This document shows positions 6,967 to 15,392 of a DNA stretch of 47,053 bases, piece by piece. Each line of letters opens with the position of its first letter. The first letter of the stretch is position 1. Source of the stretch: a virus; IMG/VR virus record IMGVR_UViG_3300032005_000008, positions 1-47,053 of that record. The stretch is one strand, 5' to 3'. The position numbers and the translations under genes are program-made. Under the pieces are notes generated by a model. That model searched no databases and was not told the origin of the DNA. It worked only from the letters and a program-made list of their open reading frames with translations.

Positions 6967-7692
6967 TTACAAGGCCATTTCGGCTTGAGTTTCTCGCTGC
7001 CAGATCGGGCTGCTGTTGTGGGCCTCGATGCGATCGGCTATGACGTTGGCGCGCTGGCCGGCGGTGGGCGGGGCATACATGCCGAACCGGCTGATGCTGC
7101 CGCCGTTGATTGCTGCGTTCGTGGAATCAGCCGAGGCTAATGGCAGGTGCTGGAATATGGCGGGATCGAGCATCCGCAACCCGTGTAGCCGGCACATCGG
7201 TCGGCCCTGGTCGTCACAGACAGCGTCCATCGCGGCGCCCATCCGCTTCCACCATGATCCAGTGCCCGGTGTAGCCCATTGCCCAGAACTGCCCAGGGCA
7301 ACCGTACGCCAGCACCTCGCCAGCCGCTGCAAGCGTTCAAGCGATTCGTGCAAGTGCCAAACAGGAACACCGCGAAGCTCCTCTGGCCACTGCCGGACAA
7401 GGTCATCGTTGGCCTCTTCGTCGCCGTCGATGATGTCGGGGATGAGCGCCCAGGTGAATCCAGGGTGTCGGTGCCAATCTTCAACCCAACGCGTGTATCC
7501 ATCGACGTCTACCTGGCCGCCCTTCTGCCACGCTGTGAAAGCCCCGTTGTCGAAAACAAACGATTTGCATACCTCGGCGACAATCCCGAGATCGTCCTTG
7601 CGCGGGAACGGCACCAGCGCGTGCCGGCCAGCCAGGAACTTCGCGGCATCTTCGCGCTTACCGCCGACAGGCGTGCCGTGGTAATGAATCAT
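6967..7692 (-). CDS. hypothetical protein, possibly a TGT/DpdA-like base-exchange enzyme
   Basis: Three ordered motifs resemble archaeal TGT/DpdA: FVFDNGAF (compare TDSGxxQ), CRLHGLRML (compare HLxGxG) and LASADSTNAAINGG (compare FDSAxY...G). This rests on motif recall only. Confidence 0.4.
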   Translation of the reverse strand: MIHYHGTPVGGKREDAAKFLAGRHALVPFPRKDDLGIVAEVCKSFVFDNGAFTAWQKGGQVDVDGYTRWVEDWHRHPGFTWALIPDIIDGDEEANDDLVRQWPEELRGVPVWHLHESLERLQRLARCWRTVALGSSGQWATPGTGSWWKRMGAAMDAVCDDQGRPMCRLHGLRMLDPAIFQHLPLASADSTNAAINGGSISRFGMYAPPTAGQRANVIADRIEAHNSSPIWQRETQAEMAL

Positions 7693-7934
7693 CCATTGAG
7701 CCTCACTGTTTCGATTTCGAACCCTTGGTGCGTGGCGATGATGGTTTGATCGCCGCCCAGGGTCTCAGATAGCTGATCAGCGATCTGCTCATGCCAGCCA
7801 GTCTTAATGAGAGCGGTAGCCGTTTTGATGTGCTCGACGTGGATCATCGCCGGGGAGCGAACCTCCAGCTGGTAGACGATGGTTTCGCCATCCGCAGGGC
7901 AGACCGCTGCGAAGGTGTGCCGGTAAATATTCAT
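7689..7934 (-). CDS. hypothetical protein, possibly a QueF-like T-fold protein
   Basis: FAAVCPADGE..VYQLEV.....I.VEHIK......WHEQIADQL parallels QueF FTSLCPKTGQPD..I.I.Y......VESKS....FHED. It has a GAGGA RBS and an ATGA overlap with the downstream gene. Confidence 0.35.
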   Translation of the reverse strand: MNIYRHTFAAVCPADGETIVYQLEVRSPAMIHVEHIKTATALIKTGWHEQIADQLSETLGGDQTIIATHQGFEIETVRLNG

Positions 7935-8004
7935 GCGGGATCCTCGCCGGTTGGCGTGATTCGAGTTTGTGGGCTATTGGTTGATGGCCCGGCATGAGGC
8001 CGGA

Positions 8005-8637
8005 TCAAGGCGTGTTGCTTGTTCCGCAGTTCCGGCAGTCTTCTCGATAGCGTTGCGCGTCACTGATGAACCGACCACAACCCTCGCAGTTGAACATCAT
8101 CATGCGTGGCGGCTTCGGCTTGACCAGCTTGATACCGGTACCTCGCAGAGCCTCCTTGATGTTCACGTCGTCGCGCTCAACCAGGCGGCGGGCGAACTTG
8201 TCAATGTAGGGCTTGGGCCAAACGACGGCGCCAGATTGGCCGAGCTTTCCGATCCATGTGACGGTGTGGGCTCGCGGCACTACGACAGATTTCGATAGGT
8301 CGCTTGTGAAAACGCCGTCCTCACAAAGCCAAATCAGGTTGTTGCCGTTCCAGCACTGCGGCTTCTGGATGTAGAACTCGGCTGCGTCAGGATGCTGGTC
8401 TAGCGCTTCGCTCAACGTCACATACTGGCAGTCGACACCAACACGCGCCCGGGCATCGACATAGGCCTTAGGCCACGGGATGTCGGTGTCGCGGTGATCG
8501 CAGGCGCCGTCCTTGGTGAAGACCTGCGCCTTATCCAGGTCGGTGACGTATCCGGAGCCGCTGAATCCCCAGAACGAAAGGCCGTCGCCCACGTACGCGT
8601 GACTGCGGCTGTCTTGAAGGTAGAACTGATCGTCCAT
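8005..8637 (-). CDS. hypothetical protein with internal duplication and C-terminal zinc ribbon
   Basis: GGAGA RBS. It contains two FY(L/I)Q...(V/F)T(D/S)L(D/S)K segments and CEGCGRF...CRNCG at the C-terminus. Confidence 0.7.
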   Translation of the reverse strand: MDDQFYLQDSRSHAYVGDGLSFWGFSGSGYVTDLDKAQVFTKDGACDHRDTDIPWPKAYVDARARVGVDCQYVTLSEALDQHPDAAEFYIQKPQCWNGNNLIWLCEDGVFTSDLSKSVVVPRAHTVTWIGKLGQSGAVVWPKPYIDKFARRLVERDDVNIKEALRGTGIKLVKPKPPRMMMFNCEGCGRFISDAQRYREDCRNCGTSNTP

Positions 8638-8695
8638 GGATTATCTCCAGTCAGGCGCTCGCCTCCGTGCCCGGATGCGCAGCGTGGGGTAGGGG

Positions 8696-9007
8696 TTATT
8701 CGTCGTTGCAGATGCGCAGGGATTCGCGCTGGTACGCCATGGTCAATTTTGCCGACACGTTTTCGGATATCAGGTATTCGTGCCGCGGAGCAGAAAGGAA
8801 CTGAGCAGATCCTGCCGGGCCCAGGCCATGCAGATGGTGAATCATCAGCGTCATGGCCTCGCCCTGTTCCTCAATATCGTGCCAGGCCATCAGGTCGGCC
8901 AGGGCCTGGCGGGTGCCGGCCAGCGTGTGCATCCGCAACTCCTCTTCGCCGCGGCTCTTTCGCTTCGCCGCGGTCTTTGCTGACCGGTCTTTCTGAGCAG
9001 CAGCCAT
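8696..9007 (-). CDS. hypothetical protein
   Basis: 103-aa ORF with a basic N-terminus. Confidence 0.55.
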   Translation of the reverse strand: MAAAQKDRSAKTAAKRKSRGEEELRMHTLAGTRQALADLMAWHDIEEQGEAMTLMIHHLHGLGPAGSAQFLSAPRHEYLISENVSAKLTMAYQRESLRICNDE

Positions 9008-9010
9008 GGC

Positions 9011-9640
9011 TCACCCCTGATTTCTCTTGTCGAAGCAGGCCGGTTCAGGCCCTTTCCCGCTTTTCGGATAGTCGATACCGAACTTCTCCAGCAGCCTGTC
9101 GAAGTTCTTGTACGTGGCCTGGATGCTTTCCCGGGCCTGGTTCCGCGTAAAGCCGCGGGCCTTGAAGTCCCGGATAATTTCCGCCTGCCGAGCGTCCCGC
9201 GCCTCGTCGATCTTCCCGCCATTGCTGGGTCGGGTCTTGGCTGGCTGGAACTTGAACCCGCCCTTCGTCGCGAGTCTGTTGAGCTCCCGAAGTGGGAACC
9301 CGGTGCGAAGCACGGCCTGGGCATAGGTCATGGTCTTGGCGAGCTGACGGACGTATTCGAGCTTTTCGGCCCGCTCCTGCTCGCGCTTGATGACCCGCTC
9401 CTCCCGCTCAATGTCCCGCTGGGCCATTTTGTCGATCCACTTCTGTCTGGGCGGCACGGCCTTCTTCGGCTTGGCGACCTTCTTCCGTGGCGGCGGCTCA
9501 TGCCGTGGCGGTGGTGGCTTGAAGGACGGTCCTTCCAGCACCTCAATAGTCCCTCCTTGATTCAGAAAGGCAGCTTTCGCCGCCTCCAGGCCGGCCTGGC
9601 GGTCATATCCTTGTTGGATGAGTGCGTCCATATCAGGCAC
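9011..9640 (-). CDS. hypothetical protein (Lys/Pro-rich linker, basic)
   Basis: GTG 9640 overlaps the ssb 3' end. An alternative ATG lies at 9631. Confidence 0.6.
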   Translation of the reverse strand: MPDMDALIQQGYDRQAGLEAAKAAFLNQGGTIEVLEGPSFKPPPPRHEPPPRKKVAKPKKAVPPRQKWIDKMAQRDIEREERVIKREQERAEKLEYVRQLAKTMTYAQAVLRTGFPLRELNRLATKGGFKFQPAKTRPSNGGKIDEARDARQAEIIRDFKARGFTRNQARESIQATYKNFDRLLEKFGIDYPKSGKGPEPACFDKRNQG

Positions 9641-10145
9641 CGTTTAAATGGTGATGAGGGGCGAAGGGGATGTCATCGTCGAAGCTGTCGAAGTCCGGCG
9701 GCGCTCCCTGCTGACTCTGTTGCGGCGCGGCTTGCTGCGGCCTGGGTTGCTGCTGGCGCTGGCCGGTGGGCCGCTGCTCGTTCGTGCCGGTCTGGCGGTG
9801 GGCCGGGGAGCCCAGCAGTTGCATTGTGCCGCGCATATCTACGTGCACTTCAGTGCTGTAGCGCTTGATGCCGTCCTTTTCCCATTCGCGGGTTTGCAGC
9901 TTGCCCTCGATGTAAACCTGGGTCCCTTTCGTGACGTACTGGCCGGCAATTTCGGCAACCTTCCCGAACAGGACTACACGGTGCCATTCGGTCTTCTCGA
10001 CCTTCTGGCCGGTCTGCTTGTCGGTCCATTGTTCGCTGGTCGCCAGGCTCAGGTTTGTGATCGCGTTTCCGTTGGGCAGGTAGCGAACCTCTGGGTCCTG
10101 GCCGCAAGCACCTACCAGGATGACTTTGTTTACTCCACGGGCCAT
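9633..10145 (-). CDS. ssb: single-stranded DNA-binding protein
   Basis: OB-fold N-terminus [39 protein letters not shown], a Gln/Pro-rich linker, and DDDIPF followed by 9 extra residues. Confidence 0.95.
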   Translation of the reverse strand: MARGVNKVILVGACGQDPEVRYLPNGNAITNLSLATSEQWTDKQTGQKVEKTEWHRVVLFGKVAEIAGQYVTKGTQVYIEGKLQTREWEKDGIKRYSTEVHVDMRGTMQLLGSPAHRQTGTNEQRPTGQRQQQPRPQQAAPQQSQQGAPPDFDSFDDDIPFAPHHHLNGA

Positions 10146-10153
10146 GGGGCCTC

Positions 10154-10771
10154 CTATGCGGCGATGCCGAGCACTTTGTTCATGCGCTCGTCGAGGATTT
10201 CGTAAAAGGTCTTCACCCGCTCAGTGAGCTTGCGAATCATTGCTTCGTCGCGGTGAGCGCGCTTGACGAATAGCGGCATGCCAGGCCAGTAGCAGATGAA
10301 GTCGATCCACTCTCGCTCCGATACCCACAGTCCGCCCTGGCACTGCGCTACGTGCTCTTTCGGTATCGTTCCACCCAGGATCACGTCGACCTGAAGTTTC
10401 GGCAGCTTGGTTTTGATCTCGGTCAAACCCTCTTCGCCGACCAGAGCGTCGGGCGAATAGCCAATGCCGTGATTGAGGATGATCCCGACCTCTGTCGTTT
10501 CCACTTCTTCGCTGTCGCAGTACAGGCGCCGGGCGACACCTTCTAACTCGTGCCCGCGCTCGGTATGGCGGTTGCCGGTGAACGGATCGGCCGCTTCCCC
10601 GGTAATACGCTCTCCAATCAGCGTATTCATGTAAGTGAAGGCGGCAACACCAAATCCAGCCTCGCCTTTGCCCTCGACCAGCAAGCAGTCCAACTCAGAG
10701 CAGGTAACTATGCCCAAGCGCAGCGCAAGCCATTCAGGAGTGCCCTGCGCTATATCGGTGATGACTTGCAT
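10154..10771 (-). CDS. YqaJ-type viral recombinase exonuclease
   Basis: The [20 protein letters not shown]-terminus and the PD-(D/E)xK-like region (SPDALV...EIKT) are present. Confidence 0.85.
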   Translation of the reverse strand: MQVITDIAQGTPEWLALRLGIVTCSELDCLLVEGKGEAGFGVAAFTYMNTLIGERITGEAADPFTGNRHTERGHELEGVARRLYCDSEEVETTEVGIILNHGIGYSPDALVGEEGLTEIKTKLPKLQVDVILGGTIPKEHVAQCQGGLWVSEREWIDFICYWPGMPLFVKRAHRDEAMIRKLTERVKTFYEILDERMNKVLGIAA

Positions 10772-10774
10772 GGC

Positions 10775-11554
10775 TCACTCCTGGGGCCGGCTTGCGGCCT
10801 TGCTGATCCGCGCTGACACTGCGTCGAATTCGGATTTGAAGACGTTCGCTGCGCACCCATACTTTGCGGCGAAGTTATCTTGCAGCACCTGGCTGCACTT
10901 CTTGAGCATGGCGTCGAGTTGGGCGGCCTGGTTGGCGGTGATGACTGGCTCAGAGGGCGGCGGGGTGTTCCCGTCGTTATCTTCATTCACCGTGACCACG
11001 TTGAAGATATCCATGGTCAAGTACCGACGACCGTAGCTGTGGGTAGAGCCGTGGGCGTGAACGCCGGTTTTGTTTGCCTTACCAGCGATGCCGGCTGCGT
11101 CCAGCGGCAAATCCATCATGTAGCGCTTCGTGTGGCCCTGCTCGTGCATCACGTCACAGACGATTCGGACGTGACCAGCAAGAGGCGAATCATCGGTACC
11201 GAAGGAAAGCGAAAAACCTTCGTCGGTATACTCGGGGCTGATCTGCTGATCGATATCCTCGAGCTTTGCATAGTTGCTGCTGGTCTGGGCGTTGAATGCC
11301 CTCTTCGCAACTGGCTTGATCCGGCGCTGCGCGCGCACCATTGCCGCATTGAATGCCGCCGATGCTTGACGGTCCACGAACCGCTCATGCATCTGCATCA
11401 ACCGCTCCATCTTGTCCACGTCGACCGTCGGGTCAGCGGCGGCGCGCTGGATCATTTGGATCATCATCGCCGACTCGGTGGCCGGCGCCACACCCGATGG
11501 CGCCTCAACCCGCTGGACGTCGGTTTGCCTTTCGGCAGTGGCTGCTTGGCTCAT
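10775..11554 (-). CDS. erf: ERF-family single-strand annealing protein
   Basis: The pattern YAKLEDI......EGFSLSF......G.V.I.C.V.HEQGH......LP.D......N..HAHGST.SYGRRYL matches the ERF family. Confidence 0.8.
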   Translation of the reverse strand: MSQAATAERQTDVQRVEAPSGVAPATESAMMIQMIQRAAADPTVDVDKMERLMQMHERFVDRQASAAFNAAMVRAQRRIKPVAKRAFNAQTSSNYAKLEDIDQQISPEYTDEGFSLSFGTDDSPLAGHVRIVCDVMHEQGHTKRYMMDLPLDAAGIAGKANKTGVHAHGSTHSYGRRYLTMDIFNVVTVNEDNDGNTPPPSEPVITANQAAQLDAMLKKCSQVLQDNFAAKYGCAANVFKSEFDAVSARISKAASRPQE

Positions 11555-11561
11555 GGGAACC

Positions 11562-12722
11562 TCAGAAGTTTATGGTGATGTTTGGGACTTCGCGGCGGGC
11601 GATCTTCAGGACAATGGCCTTTGCCAGCTCTTCGGTGATGTTCAACGACATCAGCGCCTCTTTGGCGGCGCCCATGATTTTCACCTTGTGGGCCTGGTCG
11701 GCTTCGCGGATCTGCTGTTGGCGGATGATTTCGTCCGCTGCGGCTTTCTGGCGGGCGACTTCGGCTGCTCGGGCATCTTCTGCTGCCTTCGCCGCGCGCT
11801 GGTCGGCGGCGATGCGTTCCTGCTCGGCGCGTTGCTCTGCCGCAATACGGTTGGCTTCGGCCTGCTCAGCTGCTCGCTGGGCTTGCTCGGCCTGCAACTG
11901 GAGCTGGAGACGCTGGCGTTCGGATGCATCCTCGGCATCACGGGCGGCTTGCTCAGCGGCGAGTTGGACGGCTGCGGCTTGGTCACGCAGCTCCTGCTCG
12001 CGGCGTGCCGCTGCATCGCGCTCGGCCTGAGCCCGTTGCTCGGCTTGGAGCCTCGCCTGCTCAGCAGCTACCCGGGCAATCTCTGCATCCCGGTCGCGCT
12101 GGGCCTGGGCCTCTGCCTCGGCACGCAGGCGGACCAACTCGGCCTGCTCGGCTTCGTACTGCTCGCGCTTTTCCAGTGCCGCCCGAAGCGCGGCCAGCGT
12201 GCCCGCCTTCAATCGAAGCGCCTCGGCTTCGTACTCGCCCAACCACTCGCCATCGATCACGATACCCTCGAAGGCTCCGATGCTGATCTTCAAGTATTCG
12301 GAGTCAGCGGCGCTGATGATCTGCGGGTCCAGGCGCAATTCTGCAACCCAGGCTTCAATCTCCAGTTTCTTGGCGGCCTCTGCCTCTTCCCAATCAGTCA
12401 GCGGCTTGCGGATCTCATCACGCAGAGCATCCGCCTCGCGCACGAATTCCCGCAGTTCCGCCTCGATGATTTTGGGCAGCTCCTTGATGCTGCGCAGGTA
12501 CTCGCGGCCAGGCTTCTCGACAGCAACTTTCCGCTTGCTGACCGTGGCCGCCAAACTTGCGATGCGCTCACGACCCTTGCGGGTGGATAGATCCGGGACC
12601 TCTCCGCAAACCTCGTCCTTGATCATCTGAATGAATGGCTTGAGGCCGTTTTGAACGTAAATCGCTGGAGCGTTCTCGTCGCTGATGTGGTCAATGGTGA
12701 TGACTTGCTGTTGTGCGGACAC
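11562..12722 (-). CDS. coiled-coil protein (DUF1351-like position), Ala/Glu/Gln/Arg-rich centre
   Basis: GTG 12722 follows an AGGA site. About 150 aa form a low-complexity AEQ/RA coiled coil. It lies upstream of erf, as in other Erf modules. Confidence 0.7.
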   Translation of the reverse strand: MSAQQQVITIDHISDENAPAIYVQNGLKPFIQMIKDEVCGEVPDLSTRKGRERIASLAATVSKRKVAVEKPGREYLRSIKELPKIIEAELREFVREADALRDEIRKPLTDWEEAEAAKKLEIEAWVAELRLDPQIISAADSEYLKISIGAFEGIVIDGEWLGEYEAEALRLKAGTLAALRAALEKREQYEAEQAELVRLRAEAEAQAQRDRDAEIARVAAEQARLQAEQRAQAERDAAARREQELRDQAAAVQLAAEQAARDAEDASERQRLQLQLQAEQAQRAAEQAEANRIAAEQRAEQERIAADQRAAKAAEDARAAEVARQKAAADEIIRQQQIREADQAHKVKIMGAAKEALMSLNITEELAKAIVLKIARREVPNITINF

Positions 12723-12765
12723 GGGGATTCCTTGCCGCGACGTGCGCAGCGCTTGAAGGTGTGAG

Positions 12766-12882
12766 TTAGGAGGTGATGCGATCGGCGAGGGCGCCAAGCA
12801 ACATCAGGAAAGTGCAGAAGGTGATGGCCGAGAACGACCCGCGCCAGATAAGGAAGCGCCTGGCTCGCTGACGGGCAGTCAC
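12766..12882 (-). CDS. 38-aa micro-protein with TM segment (..RQRARRFLIWRGSFSAITFCTFLMLLGAL..)
   Basis: The GTG start overlaps the stop of the preceding micro-ORF. Confidence 0.3.
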   Translation of the reverse strand: MTARQRARRFLIWRGSFSAITFCTFLMLLGALADRITS

Positions 12883-12998
12883 CGAAGCACCTGCGAAAGC
12901 TGAGGCGGCTGGCATACCCCGCGCCACTCTTGCTGGGTCATGTGGTCGAGCATCATCAGGAGAACGGCGGTGCCGAGGATCCAGTACATGGCTTTCAT
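12879..12998 (-). CDS. 39-aa micro-protein with TM segment (MKAMYWILGTAVLLMMLDH...)
   Basis: ATGA overlap with the stop of gene 12995..13189. Confidence 0.3.
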   Translation of the reverse strand: MKAMYWILGTAVLLMMLDHMTQQEWRGVCQPPQLSQVLR

Positions 12999-13189
12999 TG
13001 TCTGGCCCTCACCGCGATGCGTCCGCCCTTCATCGTCACCGACAGAGGCACGTTCAGATCCTTCACCAGATCCTCGCGCTTGCGGCCAATTACCTCATTG
13101 AACGGCAGGCCGAAGCCGAGGATGGCGATGCGGCGTTCCAGGTCGTCCATCTGTTCGTCGATCAGGGATTTCACGATTGGGGTGGACAT
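12995..13189 (-). CDS. hypothetical protein
   Basis: 64-aa ORF in the operon. Confidence 0.5.
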   Translation of the reverse strand: MSTPIVKSLIDEQMDDLERRIAILGFGLPFNEVIGRKREDLVKDLNVPLSVTMKGGRIAVRARQ

Positions 13190-13383
13190 GACGACTCCTT
13201 GCGCCGGTCAACGATCTTGTTGAGGCGCCCGCAGTAGTGGTTGAATTCTTCGATGGTGATGCGGTTGTCGAGCATCATTTCGTTGATTGTTTTCTGGATC
13301 ATCACCGACCAACAGGCCGGCGTTTCTGGATCCTCAAGGGTTTCCAGTTCCTCGCCGATGAGGACGTGCGCGCTCATGGTCAC
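13171..13383 (-). CDS. hypothetical protein
   Basis: The GTG start overlaps the upstream stop (GTGA). An ATG lies 6 nt downstream. Confidence 0.5.
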   Translation of the reverse strand: MTMSAHVLIGEELETLEDPETPACWSVMIQKTINEMMLDNRITIEEFNHYCGRLNKIVDRRKESSCPPQS

Positions 13384-13799
13384 AATGAATCGTCCTCTGC
13401 CTGGGCGATCAGGGCGTCATCAGCAAGAGGGCTGAGTAAGCGCCTGGCAATGACTCGCAGCCGTTCCTTTGGGTCTGGCACGGCCATCAGGTCAAACGCC
13501 CCACCTCGAGCCACAGAGCTGCCCACGATAACGCCAATGATCATTTCGCCAATGGCGCTTGGGTTTCGGCAGGTGCTGCTAATCGCGAACTGCTCGACCT
13601 CTTCGGCGAACCGCTTGAAGGTTACGCCCTGCTGCGAATGGCCCTGACGCTTGAACTTCACGTCGCTGCAAAAATCAACGAGCTGCTCGACGGCGTTTTC
13701 AATCCACTCAGCCCGAGCTACCTCCCGAGGGCTCTCGCTCACCATCGGAGGCAACTGCGCGTCGTGCATGGCCTGACAAATCTTCAATGCAAGGTTCAT
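13380..13799 (-). CDS. hypothetical protein
   Basis: GGAGG RBS, 139 aa. Confidence 0.65.
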   Translation of the reverse strand: MNLALKICQAMHDAQLPPMVSESPREVARAEWIENAVEQLVDFCSDVKFKRQGHSQQGVTFKRFAEEVEQFAISSTCRNPSAIGEMIIGVIVGSSVARGGAFDLMAVPDPKERLRVIARRLLSPLADDALIAQAEDDSL

Positions 13800-13820
13800 A
13801 GTTGCCTCCAGGGTGGCGGG

Positions 13821-14006
13821 TCAGTCGTGGTAGCTGATAACGCGATCGATGCTGTGAAGCTCCATCACATCGATGTGCTCAATTTCCTCAATGGTTTCTA
13901 CGAACTCACTGAGGTTGCCGTTTCTGTCGAGATCGACAATTGCCCACTCAACAACGGTTCGAGTGATCTTCGCTTTGACGCGGCGCGGCTTTATGGAATC
14001 GCTCAT
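13821..14006 (-). CDS. hypothetical protein
   Basis: The CTGGAGGTCGCC-ATG start context is identical to that of the next gene upstream. Confidence 0.55.
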   Translation of the reverse strand: MSDSIKPRRVKAKITRTVVEWAIVDLDRNGNLSEFVETIEEIEHIDVMELHSIDRVISYHD

Positions 14007-14024
14007 GGCGACCTCCAGTTGGCG

Positions 14025-14186
14025 TTATTCGGGTTTGCGTTCAGGCTTGATGATGTCGTCACCACCAAGCGCCCAGCCCAGTGACCAGCATCGCTCGCAG
14101 GGTTCCTCACGGACGTAGCAGCCACACTGGGAAGCCTCTTCCTCAGTCCAGCCAACCTCCTTTTCAACTTCTTCGACGGTCCGCAT
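14025..14186 (-). CDS. 53-aa Cys-rich small protein (..CGCYVREEPCERCW..)
   Basis: Strong RBS CTGGAGGTCGCC-ATG. It falls below the ORF-track size cutoff. I prefer it over the 128-aa ORF at 14003..14389. Confidence 0.5.
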   Translation of the reverse strand: MRTVEEVEKEVGWTEEEASQCGCYVREEPCERCWSLGWALGGDDIIKPERKPE

Positions 14187-14207
14187 GGCGACCTCCAGTG
14201 TTTGGGG

Positions 14208-14414
14208 TTAGGCGTCGATCTCGACTTCAGTGATTTGGAACTCGGCGTCAGGTTCGTCATACGCAAAGGTTTCACGGAACGCGTCTGCCAGAGTCGAGAC
14301 GCCCACCGAAGTGCTGCAATCAATTCCCGTGGCGGCATACTCGGCATCTTCTCGATCATCGAAGCCAACACACTCGCTGCCTGGCACATTCCAAACCAAG
14401 TAAATCGTCTTCAT
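14208..14414 (-). CDS. hypothetical acidic protein
   Basis: ATG 14414 follows GGAGAG. Confidence 0.55.
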   Translation of the reverse strand: MKTIYLVWNVPGSECVGFDDREDAEYAATGIDCSTSVGVSTLADAFRETFAYDEPDAEFQITEVEIDA

Positions 14415-14520
14415 GACTCTCTCCATCTGGTTGATCCAACAAATTCCGGCTGCACACGATCCTTCCGCTGGTTGCCGTTGGGCGCGGTGTCATGTGCATG
14501 CGGGATTGGTCGGGGAAGTG

Positions 14521-14550
14521 AAAAGGCCCAACTGGACAGAAAGGCCTTTT
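14521..14550 (-). terminator. intrinsic terminator (symmetrical, A-tract/T-tract on both sides); tL1-like
   Basis: AAAAGGCC, a 14-nt loop, then GGCCTTTT. It lies immediately downstream of the 54-aa ORF on the minus strand. Confidence 0.65.
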
Positions 14551-14564
14551 CGATGCAGTGGCTT

Positions 14565-14729
14565 TCAATATTTGGAGCGGGACAGCGCGCGCCAGAACGA
14601 ACGCCGACCCTCAGTACATCGCCAGCGCTCACGAGTGAGGCGCAGTGGATCGGTTGGCAGGCCGTCATCAGGTGGCGGTTCTGGCCGCGCATGGCTGAGC
14701 GCTGCGCCGATCAGGAACAGTAGGAGCAT
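14565..14729 (-). CDS. 54-aa protein with N-terminal signal-like segment (MLLLFLIGAALSHA/RPEPPPDD...)
   Basis: GGAGACCACC-ATG start context, and the ORF is followed by a terminator. Confidence 0.4.
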   Translation of the reverse strand: MLLLFLIGAALSHARPEPPPDDGLPTDPLRLTRERWRCTEGRRSFWRALSRSKY

Positions 14730-15137
14730 GGTGGTCTCCGGTTGGGATGAGTGCCGGTCTTTCCCGGCTGTCACGGCGCTTGTGCCAGATCAAGGTAGCT
14801 CGCCAATACCAGGTTGGCGCTGACCCTGCGCAATGCGGGTTGAGCTATTCGCCGGTTGATGCAGATGCCCGGTGCTGATCTCCGGGTTGGGTGTGAAGTG
14901 TCAGGTTCAACCGAGCCGATCAACCGAAGTCCGTCGGCGCCCCACTTGCGAGCCTGCGTCGTTGCCCATCAGCCTGGGCGTGCATCCGCATCGGTGAAGT
15001 GATTCGCGAGGAGCTACCTCTGGCATTGCCTGCGCCGCGTTCTGTACGGCGTTCTCAGTGGCTGGCCCCATTACGAGTGGAGTGCCTTGCTTTGCTGAAT
15101 CACTTCCCGATGCGCTCTCATAGAGAGGATCGGGCAG

Positions 15138-15392
15138 TTATGCTGCGAACAGCTCCTGCTGCTCTGGCTGTGGGGCGCAGCGCTGGAGCCCGGCACGAAT
15201 GGCTGACTCCAGAAGCTCGGCGTCTTGCTCAAGCTCAGGGAAGACCCCGGCGAACTCGCGCACCGCACTGCGAATTGCAGTCGCTTCACGCTGAAGTGTT
15301 GGGATCACGATGCTGCGCATGTTGCCGATGGTGCTGATGTCGTGACTGCACTCCCGGCAAAGCCGGATGTAGTCGAGGATGTATTTGGGCAT
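15138..15392 (-). CDS. hypothetical 84-aa protein, first ORF of the PL transcript
   Basis: GGAGG lies 7 nt upstream of ATG 15392. GC3 is high in the first half. Confidence 0.55.
   Translation of the reverse strand: MPKYILDYIRLCRECSHDISTIGNMRSIVIPTLQREATAIRSAVREFAGVFPELEQDAELLESAIRAGLQRCAPQPEQQELFAA

Noticed and set aside
11740-12200. Highly repetitive GC-rich DNA suggesting tandem repeats or a CRISPR-like array.
   Set aside because: It encodes the AEQ/RA-rich coiled coil of gene 11562..12722. There are no regular repeat-spacer units, and no CRISPR array exists anywhere in the window.
14004-14199. Identical 16-nt strings CATGGCGACCTCCAGT at 14004 and 14184.
   Set aside because: They are the start codon plus Shine-Dalgarno context of two adjacent small genes. 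They are too short and isolated to call a repeat element.
14003-14389. 128-aa ORF on the minus strand.
   Set aside because: Its composition is Ser/Arg/Pro-rich and it has no RBS. The same DNA is better explained by two small ORFs in other frames with strong GGAGG/GGAGAG sites (14186..14025 and 14414..14208).
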